A program made the position numbers and the translations under genes. DNA of 64,000 nucleotides from assembly GCA_965153285.1 (NCBI GenBank), contig OZ229112.1; one strand, given 5' to 3'. A model generated the notes under the pieces. The model made no database searches. It saw nothing but the letters and a program-made list of their open reading frames with translations, and was not told the DNA's origin. The stretch comes from Podarcis tiliguerta (Eukaryota). This document shows, piece by piece, positions 11,535 through 23,574 of the stretch. Every line of letters begins with the position of its first letter. The stretch's first letter is position 1.

Positions 11535-13376
11535 TTCTTCGTTTCTTCAAGGCTGCTGCTGTTTTTTGTACATTTGCCCTTGGAAAAATGTGTTATTTAT
11601 TTAGAACATGAACCCGCAAGATTCTGAATGGACTATCTCAGTTTGAAGGCATGAAATGAAAATGCAATCTAGGAAAGGTTTTAGGGACGATTAATTTATT
11701 AAATCAGAAAAGCCTAGCAACATTATATATATATCGCATAGGGTGTTTCCATAGCAACTTTTCCTCCTTATTTTTAAAAATCACATCTTTTCATTTTCTT
11801 TAGTCTACGTTTGTACATAATTAACATTCATCATGCACAATAGATGGTGCCTCCTTGATATTTACAGTTATCCTCAAAGTACCTAATAAGAAGGTGCATT
11901 AGGCATGGTTGTATAGAGAGAGGACTGGATATAGCAAAGAAGTGAAGGTAGAGCAGATCGAATGTTGTGAATAGGTGTAAATTTGAGTCTTGTGGTTGTG
12001 TTCCTTAAAGATTAGGCAATGAATGTGAGTTACATGAGTCCACAGGCAAAGTTCACATCAGACTTGGGATTGTAATGTGTCTCCTGATTTTCCACTGTGC
12101 TAGCTTTAACCAGGATGTAGAGATGTCAGCTTTATCAACTTGTTGTTAGGGAGTTACCATGTTCACGCCAGATGTGCTTGCTACTTCCATTCATACCAGG
12201 GTTAGGGGAGAAATTTGCACCTTTCCAAAGCAAGGTGCAGAGCAAAACAGTTATCCATTGAAATCTGTACCTTTCTGGATATTGCAAGACAGTTCTCCTG
12301 CAAATTAATGGGTGCAAAATTGCATAAGCATTGAAATGCTGTTATTGGTGGAAGTGGCATGCTAACATCCATTACTGTGAGGGAAACTGCTTTACACAAT
12401 TAAATAGGCAAATTTCCATACCAAAAAATGTTGTGAGAAATTCATGCTAAAATGCTGATAAATTTTAATGAGGACTTAAAAAATAAAAAGCACCAAATGT
12501 TGTGGAAATATGGAGACTTGAATTTAAATATGGAAAACTGAGGAACTGAGGGAAACCAAAATTGATGATCAATCCATTTTTGATAGTTTTCTGTTTATGT
12601 TGCGCTAAGACCTGAGCTTGTGATGAAGCCAGCTTATAACTATTAGTGTTGCCACCTCACTATTTACAACTGGAACATTAGTTCCACAGAACCATCATAG
12701 CTCTGCCTTGACAGGATTTGACTTCAGTTTATTGGAATACTGAGCCTTTGTGTTCCAGCATATTTTCCTGACCAACTGAGAAGGTTTCAGCGTTAACAGA
12801 GCAATCCAGCTCACCCACCCCATGGGCTGGGCTGGAGTGGTGGTGGATTGGGTGGACCTCTGCCAGCTAAGCTGTTCTTCTCAGCAGTCACTGTAGGAGT
12901 AACATAGCAAATTGTGCAGATATGTAAAAGTGCCACCTATGGGATGGCCTCCAGCGGCAGCTAGCTGAAGATCTGGGAATAGGACAGGCTGTCATTGGTT
13001 TCTGAGCCACATGCTGTTACATAATCACATTGGCGTTCCATCGCTGGTGCAGCAATTTTCACCCCCTACTTATGCCCAGGCTGCTGAGTGCACACCGTAC
13101 ATGGTATGTATGCAGTCCAAGAATCTATTGTTGCATTACTTCATTGCTTGCAGTGGCGATGGAAGAGGCAAAATAGATAATGTAATGAAGCAGGAGAAGC
13201 TCATGATGTAATCTCGAAGAATCAGAAATAAGTTGGGGAGCAGCATCTGGCAACAAATACTGAGAGCTTGAATGACAAGCACTGAAAGCACAAAAACAAC
13301 AGAATCTGCATCAAGCCGGGTGCAGCAAAACTGGAGAAGCCCCCCCCAAATTAGACTTTAGCTTTCTATCAACAAT

Positions 13377-13647
13377 GGGTTCATTCAGACGTCCTTTTGT
13401 GCCACACCCTCCGGGAACAGATCTTATTTTGAAAGCTCTGTGTCCAACCATTGTCGTTGGCACTTTCCCTGGGAAAACCCACATTTTACCACTGAATTGG
13501 AATAAATGACAATCTGCAGAAAACCCCATTGTTGTTTGCTCTGATTCACTGGTAAAGCATGGGGTTTCCAAAACCCACTCAGAGATGCAATTTTCAAGCC
13601 CAGACCTGTGCCTAGAAATGCAGCGAAAAGGAAGACTGAATGAGCCC
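13377..13647. mobile_element. Palindromic MITE, PIF/Harbinger-like
   Basis: Imperfect TIR GGGTTCATTCAGACGTCCTTTT versus reverse-complemented right end GGGCTCATTCAGTCTTCCTTTT (19/22), with internal dyad symmetry. Confidence 0.7.
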
Positions 13648-14845
13648 TAGGTTTCCTTCTAGCAAAGCCAATGAAGTCAGGCTCAATCCTTACATGAAAT
13701 GCACGTTCAAAAATGAAAATGATGGCAACAAAAAAGCACTAAACAGCTATACAGCTATACAGAGTGAAAATAAGGATGCCACATATTACATCAAGAAATA
13801 AAATCTCGTGGGAAGGACAGAGAGAAAATGGAGCTATAATCCCTGAGAAAATAGCTACAATTGGGTTTTTTATAGACTTGCTTTAAAAGTTCGGTAACAG
13901 AAGCTAACACAAAGGCAGCTATACAGTTTTGGACATTTGAACAAGATTACCTGTCTATTCTTCAGAAGGATCTGGAACTAGAATAGCAGGACTATTCCTG
14001 GTTGTGACAGAGGTTACTTAGCAAATTTATTTTGGAGACGGCTTCATGGTCCTACTATTCACTGTGCATTTCACTTGTCTGGGGGAAAAAAAAAAGTTTT
14101 CCAGTCTATAGTATTGTGTTCTATTTATTTATTTTTTTAAATGGATTCACTTGGCTCCTCTTCTCAAAAAAAAGAGTATCTGTACTTTTCACAAATTAGA
14201 ACTCCAACGGAGTTTATTTGCTTTGATTCTTCAGTACTCCCATTCCTTCTTCCCTTCTCTGCTCATTCTACTGGGTAATATATTGGTGATAAACAAATTG
14301 TTTTCCTGCTTGCTTGCCTAGAAACCAAACACCAAAATGAATTGCTTTCTCAAGGTTCAGGCAAATACTTTTTCAGGTTTCTGACAGGATGATGATAGAT
14401 CAACAATTTGTCAAGACCCCTTTTGCCCCTTTGCTTTTGTGGGAGAATGACAGGGCTTGAATGCCTTTCGTCTCCAAACACGGATCCATTTGAGTTACTT
14501 AGTGGTTTCTTGTAGCATCACATTGCCTTTTCCCTCTCTGTCATTTTGTCTTAGAAGTTTGGCATGAACATAAAGCCATCTGGGAGTTCCAGCTGACTTG
14601 AACTGCTTAAAACCAGCTTTGTATGCATTTGAAATTAACTTAAAAAAAGGGAATTCGGGCAACTGTGTCTACCATAGTGGATATTATTTGTGGGGTGTGG
14701 GGAAGGAAGGATGAATTTTAAATATAAATATGCATTCTGGTGAATATTTGAGTGTAAATAATGTGTGAGTCAGTTGCATATTTGGTTAGCTACCCAAATG
14801 GAACTTGCTGATTGAAAACACACAGTTCCCACTTGCAATCCTATA

Positions 14846-15087
14846 CAGTGGTACCTTGGGTTAAGAACTTAATCTGTTTTGGAGGTCCGTTCTTAACCTG
14901 AAACTGTTCTGAACCTGAGGTACCACTTTAGCTAATGGGGCCTCCCGCTGCCACTGCGCCGCCACCATGTGATTTCTGTTCTCATCCTGAGGTAAAGTTC
15001 TTAACCCGAGGTACTACTTCCGGGTTAGCGGAGTCTGTAACCAGAAGCATCTGCAACCTGAAGCATCTGTAACCCGAGGTACCGCTG
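14846..15087 (+). mobile_element. Tigger/pogo-like MITE, copy 2
   Basis: TA|CAGTGGTACCT...AGGTACCGCTG|TA. Nested in an older small MITE. Confidence 0.92.
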
Positions 15088-16527
15088 TACTCACCTCAGA
15101 GTAAGTACCTTTGAATGCAGGGGGTTTCATTCTAAGTAGACACATAGGGTTTTACTTTACAATCGATCATGGAATGCACAGATGAGAATGACAATATTCA
15201 GCATTCCCATGGAAAATCAATTATATTTTTTGTTTTATTTTGTGATATGTAGGAGAAAAAGGAGAGGAACAAGTCCCCGGCTTCAGTTTCTGTGGATGTG
15301 AAATAATTTTGAAATACTGAAATCACATTGTCCTTTGTTGTGAACTGAACTTGGGGAGTGATTCTTATACTGGCATGATTTTTAAAATGGTCTTCGAAAT
15401 GATATATGGCTTGCGGGGGGCGGAGTAGTACTTCGTATTGGTCTGGTTGTAGAAAAAAATGGAAAATATCTTGAACACATTAGATTGTTTAGATCTACTA
15501 CCAAATAACAGGAGCTTTTCCTTGCAAGTTTCAATATATGTCTACTTAAGCATTTCTTACTCTTGAGGGAGAAAGCTCATGTTGATTATAGCCCCACAGT
15601 TGCAAGAGATGAAGAAGGAACTCATTAACTGGAAGAATAAGGGAGCCCTCTGGTGTTCAAAATAATAATGTTTTCAATTATATCTGAGAGTACATATTAC
15701 AAAACCTAGTTAATAATCTGTATATTATACTTCAGTGAATTCAAATGCTATTAATATTTTACCCTAATAACACAGTTTGCAATTTATCTAAATGTGCGTG
15801 AACATTCAACAAAATGTGGTCTAATGGGAGGAAGTCTTTCGGTGATAGAGCAGCTCTCCTTGAAAAATCTGATTTTAGAACCTAATCAATTCAAGCATTA
15901 AACACACACATGCTTTCTTTGGTTTGGTTTTCTGCGCTTGTGTATTTCCCTGTGTTTTTGTTCCTCACACAATTTTCCAACAAATGTATAGATTTCTGTT
16001 TTCGCAATTCAAGAACTGCACAAAAATATGAGGTAGAAAACTGACTTTGTATCTGCATAGGCAGCATGGACTCCAGAAGTAATGACGCAGGGCACTTTGA
16101 ATCCACACAGGTAAAATTGTTGGTGAAGTTTGGAGAGAAGTATGGGATGAAATTAAACATCATGCTATGATTAATGTTCCATCTGTGAAAGCATTTCAGT
16201 TAGCCAGGTGGAACGATCCTTCTCTCCCCAACCCCTGCATGTTGTTTGTGGGTTTGCCCAACTCAAGCCAGTTTTGGGGTGCAGGGGTGGGAAGGCCCAT
16301 TGCACAAGCAGAAGTCTTTGTGCAGGGCTTCCACTGAACTGAATCCCACCCACTGTCCGCAGCCATCCACACCCCAGCCTTCTTTAACCTGACTGCTTAC
16401 CACATCATCTCCAACTTGTAACCACCAAAATATGAGCACCATTCCTTCCCTCTTCATCCTTACCAAGACACAGGCTGATTCACAATATACAGCACTCACT
16501 CCCACTAATACATGCATAGCTCATGAC

Positions 16528-17122
16528 AGTAGTAGTAGTAGTAGTAGTAATAATAATAATAATAATAATAATAATTTATTATTTATACCCCGCCCATCTG
16601 GCTGAGTTTCTCCAGCCACTCTGGGTGGCTCCCAATCGAGTGTTAAAAACAATACAGCATTAAATATTAAAAACTTCCCTAAACAGGGATGCCTTCAGAT
16701 ATCTTTTAAAGATAAGATAGCTACTTATTTCCTTCACATCTGAAGAGAGGGCGTTCCACAGAGTGGGTGCCACTACTGAGAAGGCCCTCTGTCTGGTTCC
16801 CTGTAACCTCACTTTTCGCAATGAGGGAACCGCCAGAAGGCCCTCGGCGCTGGATCTCAGTGTCCAGGCTGAACGATGGGGGGGGGAATGCTCCTTCAGG
16901 TATACAGGCCCAAGGCCATTCAGGGCTTTAAAGGTGAGCACCAACACTTTGAATTGTGCTCGGAAACGTACTGGGAGCCAATGCAGATCTCTCAGGACCG
17001 GTGTTATGTGGTCCAGGCGGCCACTCCCAGTCACCAGTCTAGCTGCCATGTTCTGGATTAATTGCAGTTTCCAGGTCACCTTCAAAGGTAGCCCCACATA
17101 GAGCGCATTGCAGTAGTCCAAG
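16528..17122 (-). mobile_element. L2 LINE 3' fragment, 5'-truncated, with microsatellite tail
   Basis: Minus-strand ORF DYCNALYVGLP..KLQLIQN..HITPVLRDLHWLPVRFRAQFK..RAFSVVAPTLWNAL is the L2 ORF2 C-terminus. Followed by 3'UTR and a tail that reads (AGT)n(AAT)n on the + strand. Confidence 0.93.
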
Positions 17123-17179
17123 CAGTTAAACCACGGAGTCTTTTTCTACAGTGACTGAGATCCGCTCCCAAGGTTTTCA

Positions 17180-17258
17180 GTCATGATCCCACTGCAGATG
17201 CCAGGAACTGAAGCTAAGATCTTGTGCATGCCTAACATGCCGCTATAACCCTTTCCCT
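17180..17258 (-). mobile_element. Degraded tRNA-derived SINE head
   Basis: GATGCCAGGAACTGAAGCTAAGATCTTGTGCATGC resembles the reverse-complemented B-box region of squamate SINEs. Confidence 0.5.
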
Positions 17259-18260
17259 GCACATTAACACCAAAGGCAGACCTGAAATCATGGTAAACAG
17301 TACTCCTAGCTGCTTCCTCTTTGCTTCTCAATGAAGCCAACGATCAGCCATGAATTAAACAAGGCTTTAATGAATCAGTTGTTCTCCATCCCCATCATTA
17401 GCACTACTGCTGCCTCTTCTTCCTCCAGCTGCACAAACTTCACCCTTGATTAAATTGAAATCTGTATTTCAAATGGGCTTCATAATCATATTTCTCAAAT
17501 TTAATCAGATTTTTATTTTTATTTTTTTAAAAAGGATTGTTTGCTTTGGGTTATGGCCAATGCAGTTTGCACAATCGACACTTTACAGGAAACCCCCCAC
17601 CCTTTTCCCCTACCCACAATCCAAGAAATTAATCTACCCCAAACAAAACCAGCAATAGGAAAACTCAGCAGGCTTGAAAGCATAATCTTCTGTGCTTATA
17701 TGATAAATTTCTCTCCTTATGCAGAAATTGGAAGCAAAAATAATGACCTGCAGAACTACAGGGACTATGAAAATGTCAGTAAAACATGGCTGTATGTTAA
17801 AATACAAAGTCCCAGAACACTAAACATTCTGTTGGCTAGAAGGTAAAATTTTAAGGGCTGGGATTTTGCATGCGGTAATGAGACATGTCATTTAAATAGA
17901 TTTTATTGGTATTTGGAGCCACAAGCAATCTTGCATGAGGGGGCAGTTTTTTAAACTTAATAAAAGGAAGGTCTTTTAGCTCTTACATGCTCAGCATTAT
18001 ATAAGGGATGCTGGTTCTCAGGAGAGATGCAATGGTGGCCTTTAAGAATATTTATACTATTGTCTCTTATGAAGTGTTGTTTATGCAGCATGTTCAGTGG
18101 TGTGATGGGGACGATTTCTATCATTCAGCAGAAATAGCCATAGCCAAAGATGCTGAGGGCCTAAAAATTACCAGCAACAAATCGTTATTTTTCTAAAGAC
18201 ACTTATTTAGGGTGGACTTAGATGTGACACTTGGCATGGGGGTCAATAACAACAAATGTG

Positions 18261-18400
18261 CATCAGAAAAGTCATGCTGGGTAGGCCAAAGGCCCATCTA
18301 GTCTAGCATCTCCTTCTCACAACAGCCAATCAGATGCCTATGAGAAGCCCTCACGTGAGAACAGAGTGCAACAGAGTTCTTTCCCTTTATGATTCCAGTA
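18261..18400 (-). mobile_element. CR1-type 3' end (same family as 6410-6588)
   Basis: GGCCCATCTAGTCTAGCATC...TCTCACAACAGCCAATCAGATGCCTATGAGAAGCC is the reverse complement of the 6410 copy's tail region. Confidence 0.7.
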
Positions 18401-18674
18401 CTGTTTCAAGGTACATCTCCCTACAGTGCTTCCCTGAATAGTCAATTATGTGTACCCGGGGTAAGGAATTTCACAGTGTAATGGCATCACAACAAAGGTG
18501 AGTCTTCATAAAAGATTAGAGGGAGAGGGAGAGGTGTGCTCCAGTTCACTCTTCCATGTTGCTTTTCCTTGTTGATCCTGCAGTTGGAACCCCAGGAGGA
18601 AGTAGCTGGAAGGGAGGGAGCAATTGGATGCTGAGAATCAAGGGGCAGCAAAAGGGTTGAATGCTTGGTATGTT

Positions 18675-18887
18675 GGTTTTCTTAGTATGTTGACTGCACA
18701 GCTCTTGGAAATGCTTCACGGAAGTGGCTCATCTCTGCATGTTTCTGCTCTGTAACATGTTCAAATGTTGGGGTAGAGAAAGAAACTCATCCGAGGTGAG
18801 AAGCTAAACAAGCCTGCCTCTGTTGAAGGATAGCATACTTGCATACATAAAAAAGAAAACACAAACCCTCTGTCTGTGAGGCTTATC
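18675..18887 (+). repeat. ~213-bp dispersed direct repeat, copy A (partner 29240-29453)
   Basis: Colinear with 29240-29453 at roughly 90% identity by eye. Flanked by a 34-bp direct duplication. Confidence 0.95.
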
Positions 18888-19362
18888 AGGGGGCAGGGAA
18901 AGCGTTGAATGCTTGCTACCCCATTTCTCTCACTCCCAAGTCAACCCCTTGTAGAGTTGCTGCTTCTTCTTTAAAAACAGAAAATTTGCAGTGCTGGAAG
19001 TTTGTTACACACATCTGCTTGTAAGAAGTAATTTCATCCTTAGAAGGAGAGGAGTGGATTAATTATGCAGAGGCATATTGTGTGTGTTCATATTACGGGC
19101 GAAATTCAGCATCACGCTTTGCCACTTGTTCCGTTTGCGCAAACGCTCCTGCTTGCCAGATGGAACAATCTCCCCTCTTCCCTCCCCCCTCCCCGGTTCC
19201 CCAGCACACACCCTCCCACAATCAAATTTGAGGGATGAGGGGGAGGAAATCCCTTTTGCACAAGTGGTAGGGCAATGAGCCAATTTACATTATAATCCCT
19301 GTTGTCTTCAGTGAAACTTACTACCATATAAGTGTTCATGGGATTGCACTGTTGCAATGGAG

Positions 19363-19364
<2 letters not shown>

Positions 19365-19412
<48 letters not shown>
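19365..19412. repeat. (GA)n microsatellite
   Basis: About 24 GA units with one interruption. Confidence 0.97.
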
Positions 19413-19415
<3 letters not shown>

Positions 19416-20408
19416 GTTAAACCATTTCCCTTCCTTCTTCTAACTATCTGGCCACTTCCTCTCCTCCCTGCAACCGTACAACACTTTAATCAACCTTGAG
19501 AATATTTCTACCTAAACAGGAGCGTTTGAAGCTGTGTGTGCCCGTTGTATTGTGTTGAAGGTGTTTAGTAAATAGATGAGGGGAGGAAACACCTACCGCA
19601 GGAAATGCAACACGAATAGTCATTATTTACATGGAATGAATGCAAGTCAAAAGGCGTATTCTGCTAGCTAGAGAGCAGCACAGCACCTTGTGACTTTTCA
19701 GCGCACTTGGTTTTCTTTACCTCTTTTTGAAAAGAGCTATTGATATTTCTCTCGCCTGTGTCTATTGTTCCCATGGACTTGCTTCGTGTTTCATCAGCCC
19801 CTGAACTCTATCCCCTCGGCTAGACCTACAGAAACAAATGTGGCCTCTTATCACAATATCCTCCTGCTGTTTTCTTGCTTCCATGTCTACTTGCCCCGAG
19901 AAATTCTTTCTCTGCCATCTCCTGCCTCCATCACAGTCATTCCACTTTTTACAGATCTCCTCGCCTCCTTTGGTTTTAATCTCTTGTCTCAAATCTCTGA
20001 ATCAAATGCGCTGGCTAAAGTGATGTTGTGTGCTATCCAAATATGCCATACCATCAGTGTTGAACTGCGCTCGTGAAATAGGCATTAGCTGCCCGTATAG
20101 ATCTTCCATGCAAGTGAACTGTCAGTTGATCTATTATTGTGCTTTAATAAGCAAAGCAAGCAATTTGAAATTAGAGGAAGTATTCTGCAAAACAACAAGT
20201 GGTGCATACTTTGGAGTCTCGACTTGTACAAGTGACTAGTTTGAAAGTTTTAATCACGTTGAATAAGAAAAGTATGTTGCAATGAAGACGGTGTTCTAAA
20301 TTAGTGAGATTTATTTTAAATTCAACCCTAACTCCCAAATCCTGATGCTCACACCAACCATAGGGGGGCATGCAGGATGTTTGACCTGTGATTGCTTTGA
20401 GACTGGGG

Positions 20409-20409
<1 letters not shown>

Positions 20410-20439
<30 letters not shown>

Positions 20440-20480
20440 TTATTTATTTATACCCCACCCATCTGGCTGGGCTTCCCCAG
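20410..20480 (-). mobile_element. L2 extreme 3' end with (AAT)n tail
   Basis: TTTATACCCCACCCATCTGGCTGGGCTTCCCCAG matches the 3'UTR of the 16528-17122 copy. Confidence 0.85.
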
Positions 20481-22013
20481 TGGTGTTGGCTCCTGTTGGC
20501 TAGGAACTTCCCAGTATGCTCATTTTTGGGGGAAGGGGGTTCAGCTGAGTGAGGAGGGTTGGCTAGAGTGACACCTAATCCACACTCACACAGCACTCAC
20601 TTCACCCAGCCAGCCAGAATAAGGAGGTTTGAATTGTTATCTTGTTGTATTTTATTGTTTGTATTGTTGAGGTAGTCTGTCAACTGCTTTGGGAAGAATT
20701 TTGTTTATGAAAACGTGCTATAAACATTAATTGAATGAATAAATTGAAGGAACATATAAATCAGAACCGTATAAATCAGGAGTATATCATCCACATTATT
20801 CTGGGGCTACTTCTACATTTTTATAAATCGAGAAGACTGCATCACTATGATAAGAATGGAAGATAATCCATGTTATGATTTTATTGCAGTGTTTTGCTTT
20901 TCTCTGTTAACCTCCCTGTTCTCTCTGCACTTCCTAATCATACTTCTTTAATCTGAATATATAACAAGTCAGTAGCATGCAAAAAAAGAAAAGAAAAGGT
21001 CTGCATTTTGCCGCAAAGATGAGTATTGCCCCAGTGGCATGAGATAGTTATGTAGATGTTAAAATAATTATTTTGGAATTTGGGGGTTGGGGGGGATAAG
21101 GTTGGCTGAATCGAGTCTTGAGTGGATATGTAATTTCCATTATAGATATTACTAATTGCTATTTGGTTTCAGTGGAGAATATTGCTATCTCTTCTGACAT
21201 CTGACACGCTACATCTTTTCAAATGTATTAAGTCACATTGAATAACTCTCTGTCATGCATATAACGTGATATGACATGAGTTAATAAAATGTTTCTGGAA
21301 TTAATAACATAAGTGGGGTTATTTTTTTGGTGGGTGGAGGGCGGTCAAGTCACAATGGAAACTGAAAGAATGCAAATTTCACCAAAATGTTCTAGTAATT
21401 AGTACATAATTCATTGGTTATGGCCTGAATGTTTCACATTTTTTAATAGCTGGCTTTTTTCTGTAGCACTATTAGCTTGGAATTTTCCAACAGGAATTGA
21501 ATACGCCTTAGAATTATTGCTTTAAATCTGTTTCTTCTCTAACAGCAGTCCCATCTATTATTCATCACCAGCCCTGTAGTCTAAGTACTTTCTGAATCCC
21601 CTATGAGAAGTGTCTCCTGTAGAAGTGGACTGAGACCGGCAATACAGCTTCCTTTAATGTTTTCAGAAAGAAAACTTTACCTGGATAAAATGTCTTCTGC
21701 CAAATTAAGTCTGTCAGTTGAGGACTGGACACATAGGCCTGCCAAGTGAGGTGAATAACTATGGCAGACATATGGGCTTGTTTTTCCATATCCAAAGCTG
21801 GAAGAAAGTCTTTAATAATGGAGATTCTATGGTGACAACTTTTTGCAATGGATCGTAAAAGTATGGGGGGGGGGGACACCCTACCTAAGGAGGCTCAGGC
21901 AATTTCCATAGATGGCACAAATTATTCAAAGACACCCATATGTTATTGGTCTTGATTGAGCTAGGAGGCAGAATGCCATTTCTCCTCAATAGTGTACAGG
22001 AAACTGTTTATAG

Positions 22014-22415
22014 CTAGGGGTGAATTGATCAATTTTAGTTTCTCTCAATTTATTTTCATTTTTTCAATCTTAAGTTCTGTTCTGCACATATCTGCATCTG
22101 TTTGCTATTTTTTTTAATGGAAATTTATTAGCACTGTAGTGCAAATTTATCCTTATATACATTTCTGCATGATATTTTGCCTGATGTACACATTTTTACA
22201 AGCAATTTCCCCCTAATATAATGCATTTTAGATGCTATTTTCATTAAGGTAGGCATTTTATGCACACTTTCTCCTAATATGTGCATTTTTGTACACATTA
22301 TTTCATTGGAGAATTGCATTATAAAATTTGAAGTATGAATTTCGAAGTACAGATAGGTTTTGGTACAGAATGTGTGATTTGGGTAGATCTGCATTATGAT
22401 TTATCCCCATCCCTA
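22014..22415 (+). mobile_element. Old interspersed repeat (same family as 9405-9820)
   Basis: TAGGGG...CATCCCTA ends with internal TGCA(C/T)ATTTT subrepeats. Confidence 0.6.
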
Positions 22416-22519
22416 TCTATAACAGGAGCTGATGGGGCCAGAACCAGTAGTCAACTTGGGGTGGGTAGTCAACACAGTGGGGGAAACACTATAAATAATT
22501 CATAAATTTGATTGTTATA

Positions 22520-22717
22520 CAGTGGTACCTCAGGTTACGTACTTAATTTGTTCCGGAGGTCTGTTCTTAACCTGAAGCACGACTTTAGCTAATGGGGCCT
22601 CCTGCTGCTGCTGCACGATTTCTGTTCTCATCCTGAAGCAAAGTTCTTAACCTGAAGCACTATTTCTGGGTTAGCGGAGTCTGTAACCTGAAGCGTATGT
22701 AACCTGAGGTACCACTG
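22520..22717 (+). mobile_element. Tigger/pogo-like MITE, copy 3
   Basis: TA|CAGTGGTACCTCAGGTTAC...GTAACCTGAGGTACCACTG|TA. Confidence 0.93.
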
Positions 22718-22911
22718 TAACAAAAGAAGAAAGGCCCTATGGAAAATTGTGTTTAAATATTTCCTACTCTCTGGTGCCGTCTGGTCTTGCATGTTTATAG
22801 TGTATTCAAATCGTCGTTTCTTCACTAATGTAGATGCGTCCCTGAAATGGGGGCGAACTAATTCTAGTTTGCTAGATTGTATAGACCACTTTCTTATGAG
22901 TACTTTTATAA

Positions 22912-23280
22912 CAGCTCAGTTTACACATGCTGCTAAGCCAAACTACAGCTTAGCATGAACAAGCAAGCAACCACTTTTCTACTTCCCTGGACCTGCTGCC
23001 ATCACAGTACCAGGAGCTAAGCTATGGTATGGCTTAAAGTCATGTGCAAATCCAGGCTCTTGGCTTATCTTGCTCCAAACAAACCATGATCTACAACTAA
23101 GGTTTGCTCTTGATTTACTGTTCAGCATGAGCTTCCATTAAATGTTAAGCCAAACTATGGATTAGCTCTGGGTAGTGCAGTAACAGCAAGCCCAGGGCAG
23201 GAGTGAAGCAGCCACAATTTTGTAAATGGGCACATTTGCTTGTACACACAAAACCATAGCTTGGCTATATGCAAACTAGG
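22912..23280. mobile_element. Degraded palindromic DNA element with TAAGCC/AAACCATG subrepeats (Harbinger-like)
   Basis: Repeated TAAGCCAAACTA(C/T) and AAACCAT(G/A) motifs. Ends CAGTTTACACAT and ATATGCAAACTA are loosely inverted. Confidence 0.45.
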
Positions 23281-23318
23281 CAAATATATTATTTCTGTTC
23301 ACTTGCCTAATACAGTAG

Positions 23319-23574
23319 AGAAGAAGAAGAAGAAGAGTTTGAATTTGATATCCTGCTTTATCACTACCCAAAGGAGTCTCAAAGCGGCTAACATTCTCCT
23401 TTCCCTTCCTCCCCCACAACAAACACTCTGTGAGGTGAGTGAGGTTGAAAGACTTCAAAGAAGTGTGACTAGCCCAAGGTCACCCAGCAGCTGCATGTGG
23501 AGGAGCGGAGACGCGATCCCGGTTCCCCAGATTACGAGTCTACCGCTCTTAACCACTACACCACACTGGCTCTC
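23319..23574 (-). mobile_element. tRNA-derived CORE SINE with (TTC)n tail (Squam3-like), copy 1
   Basis: Reverse complement of the 29560-29842 copy. A/B boxes, CORE GCTGGGTGACCTTGGGC, tail reading (GAA)n on +. Confidence 0.92.
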
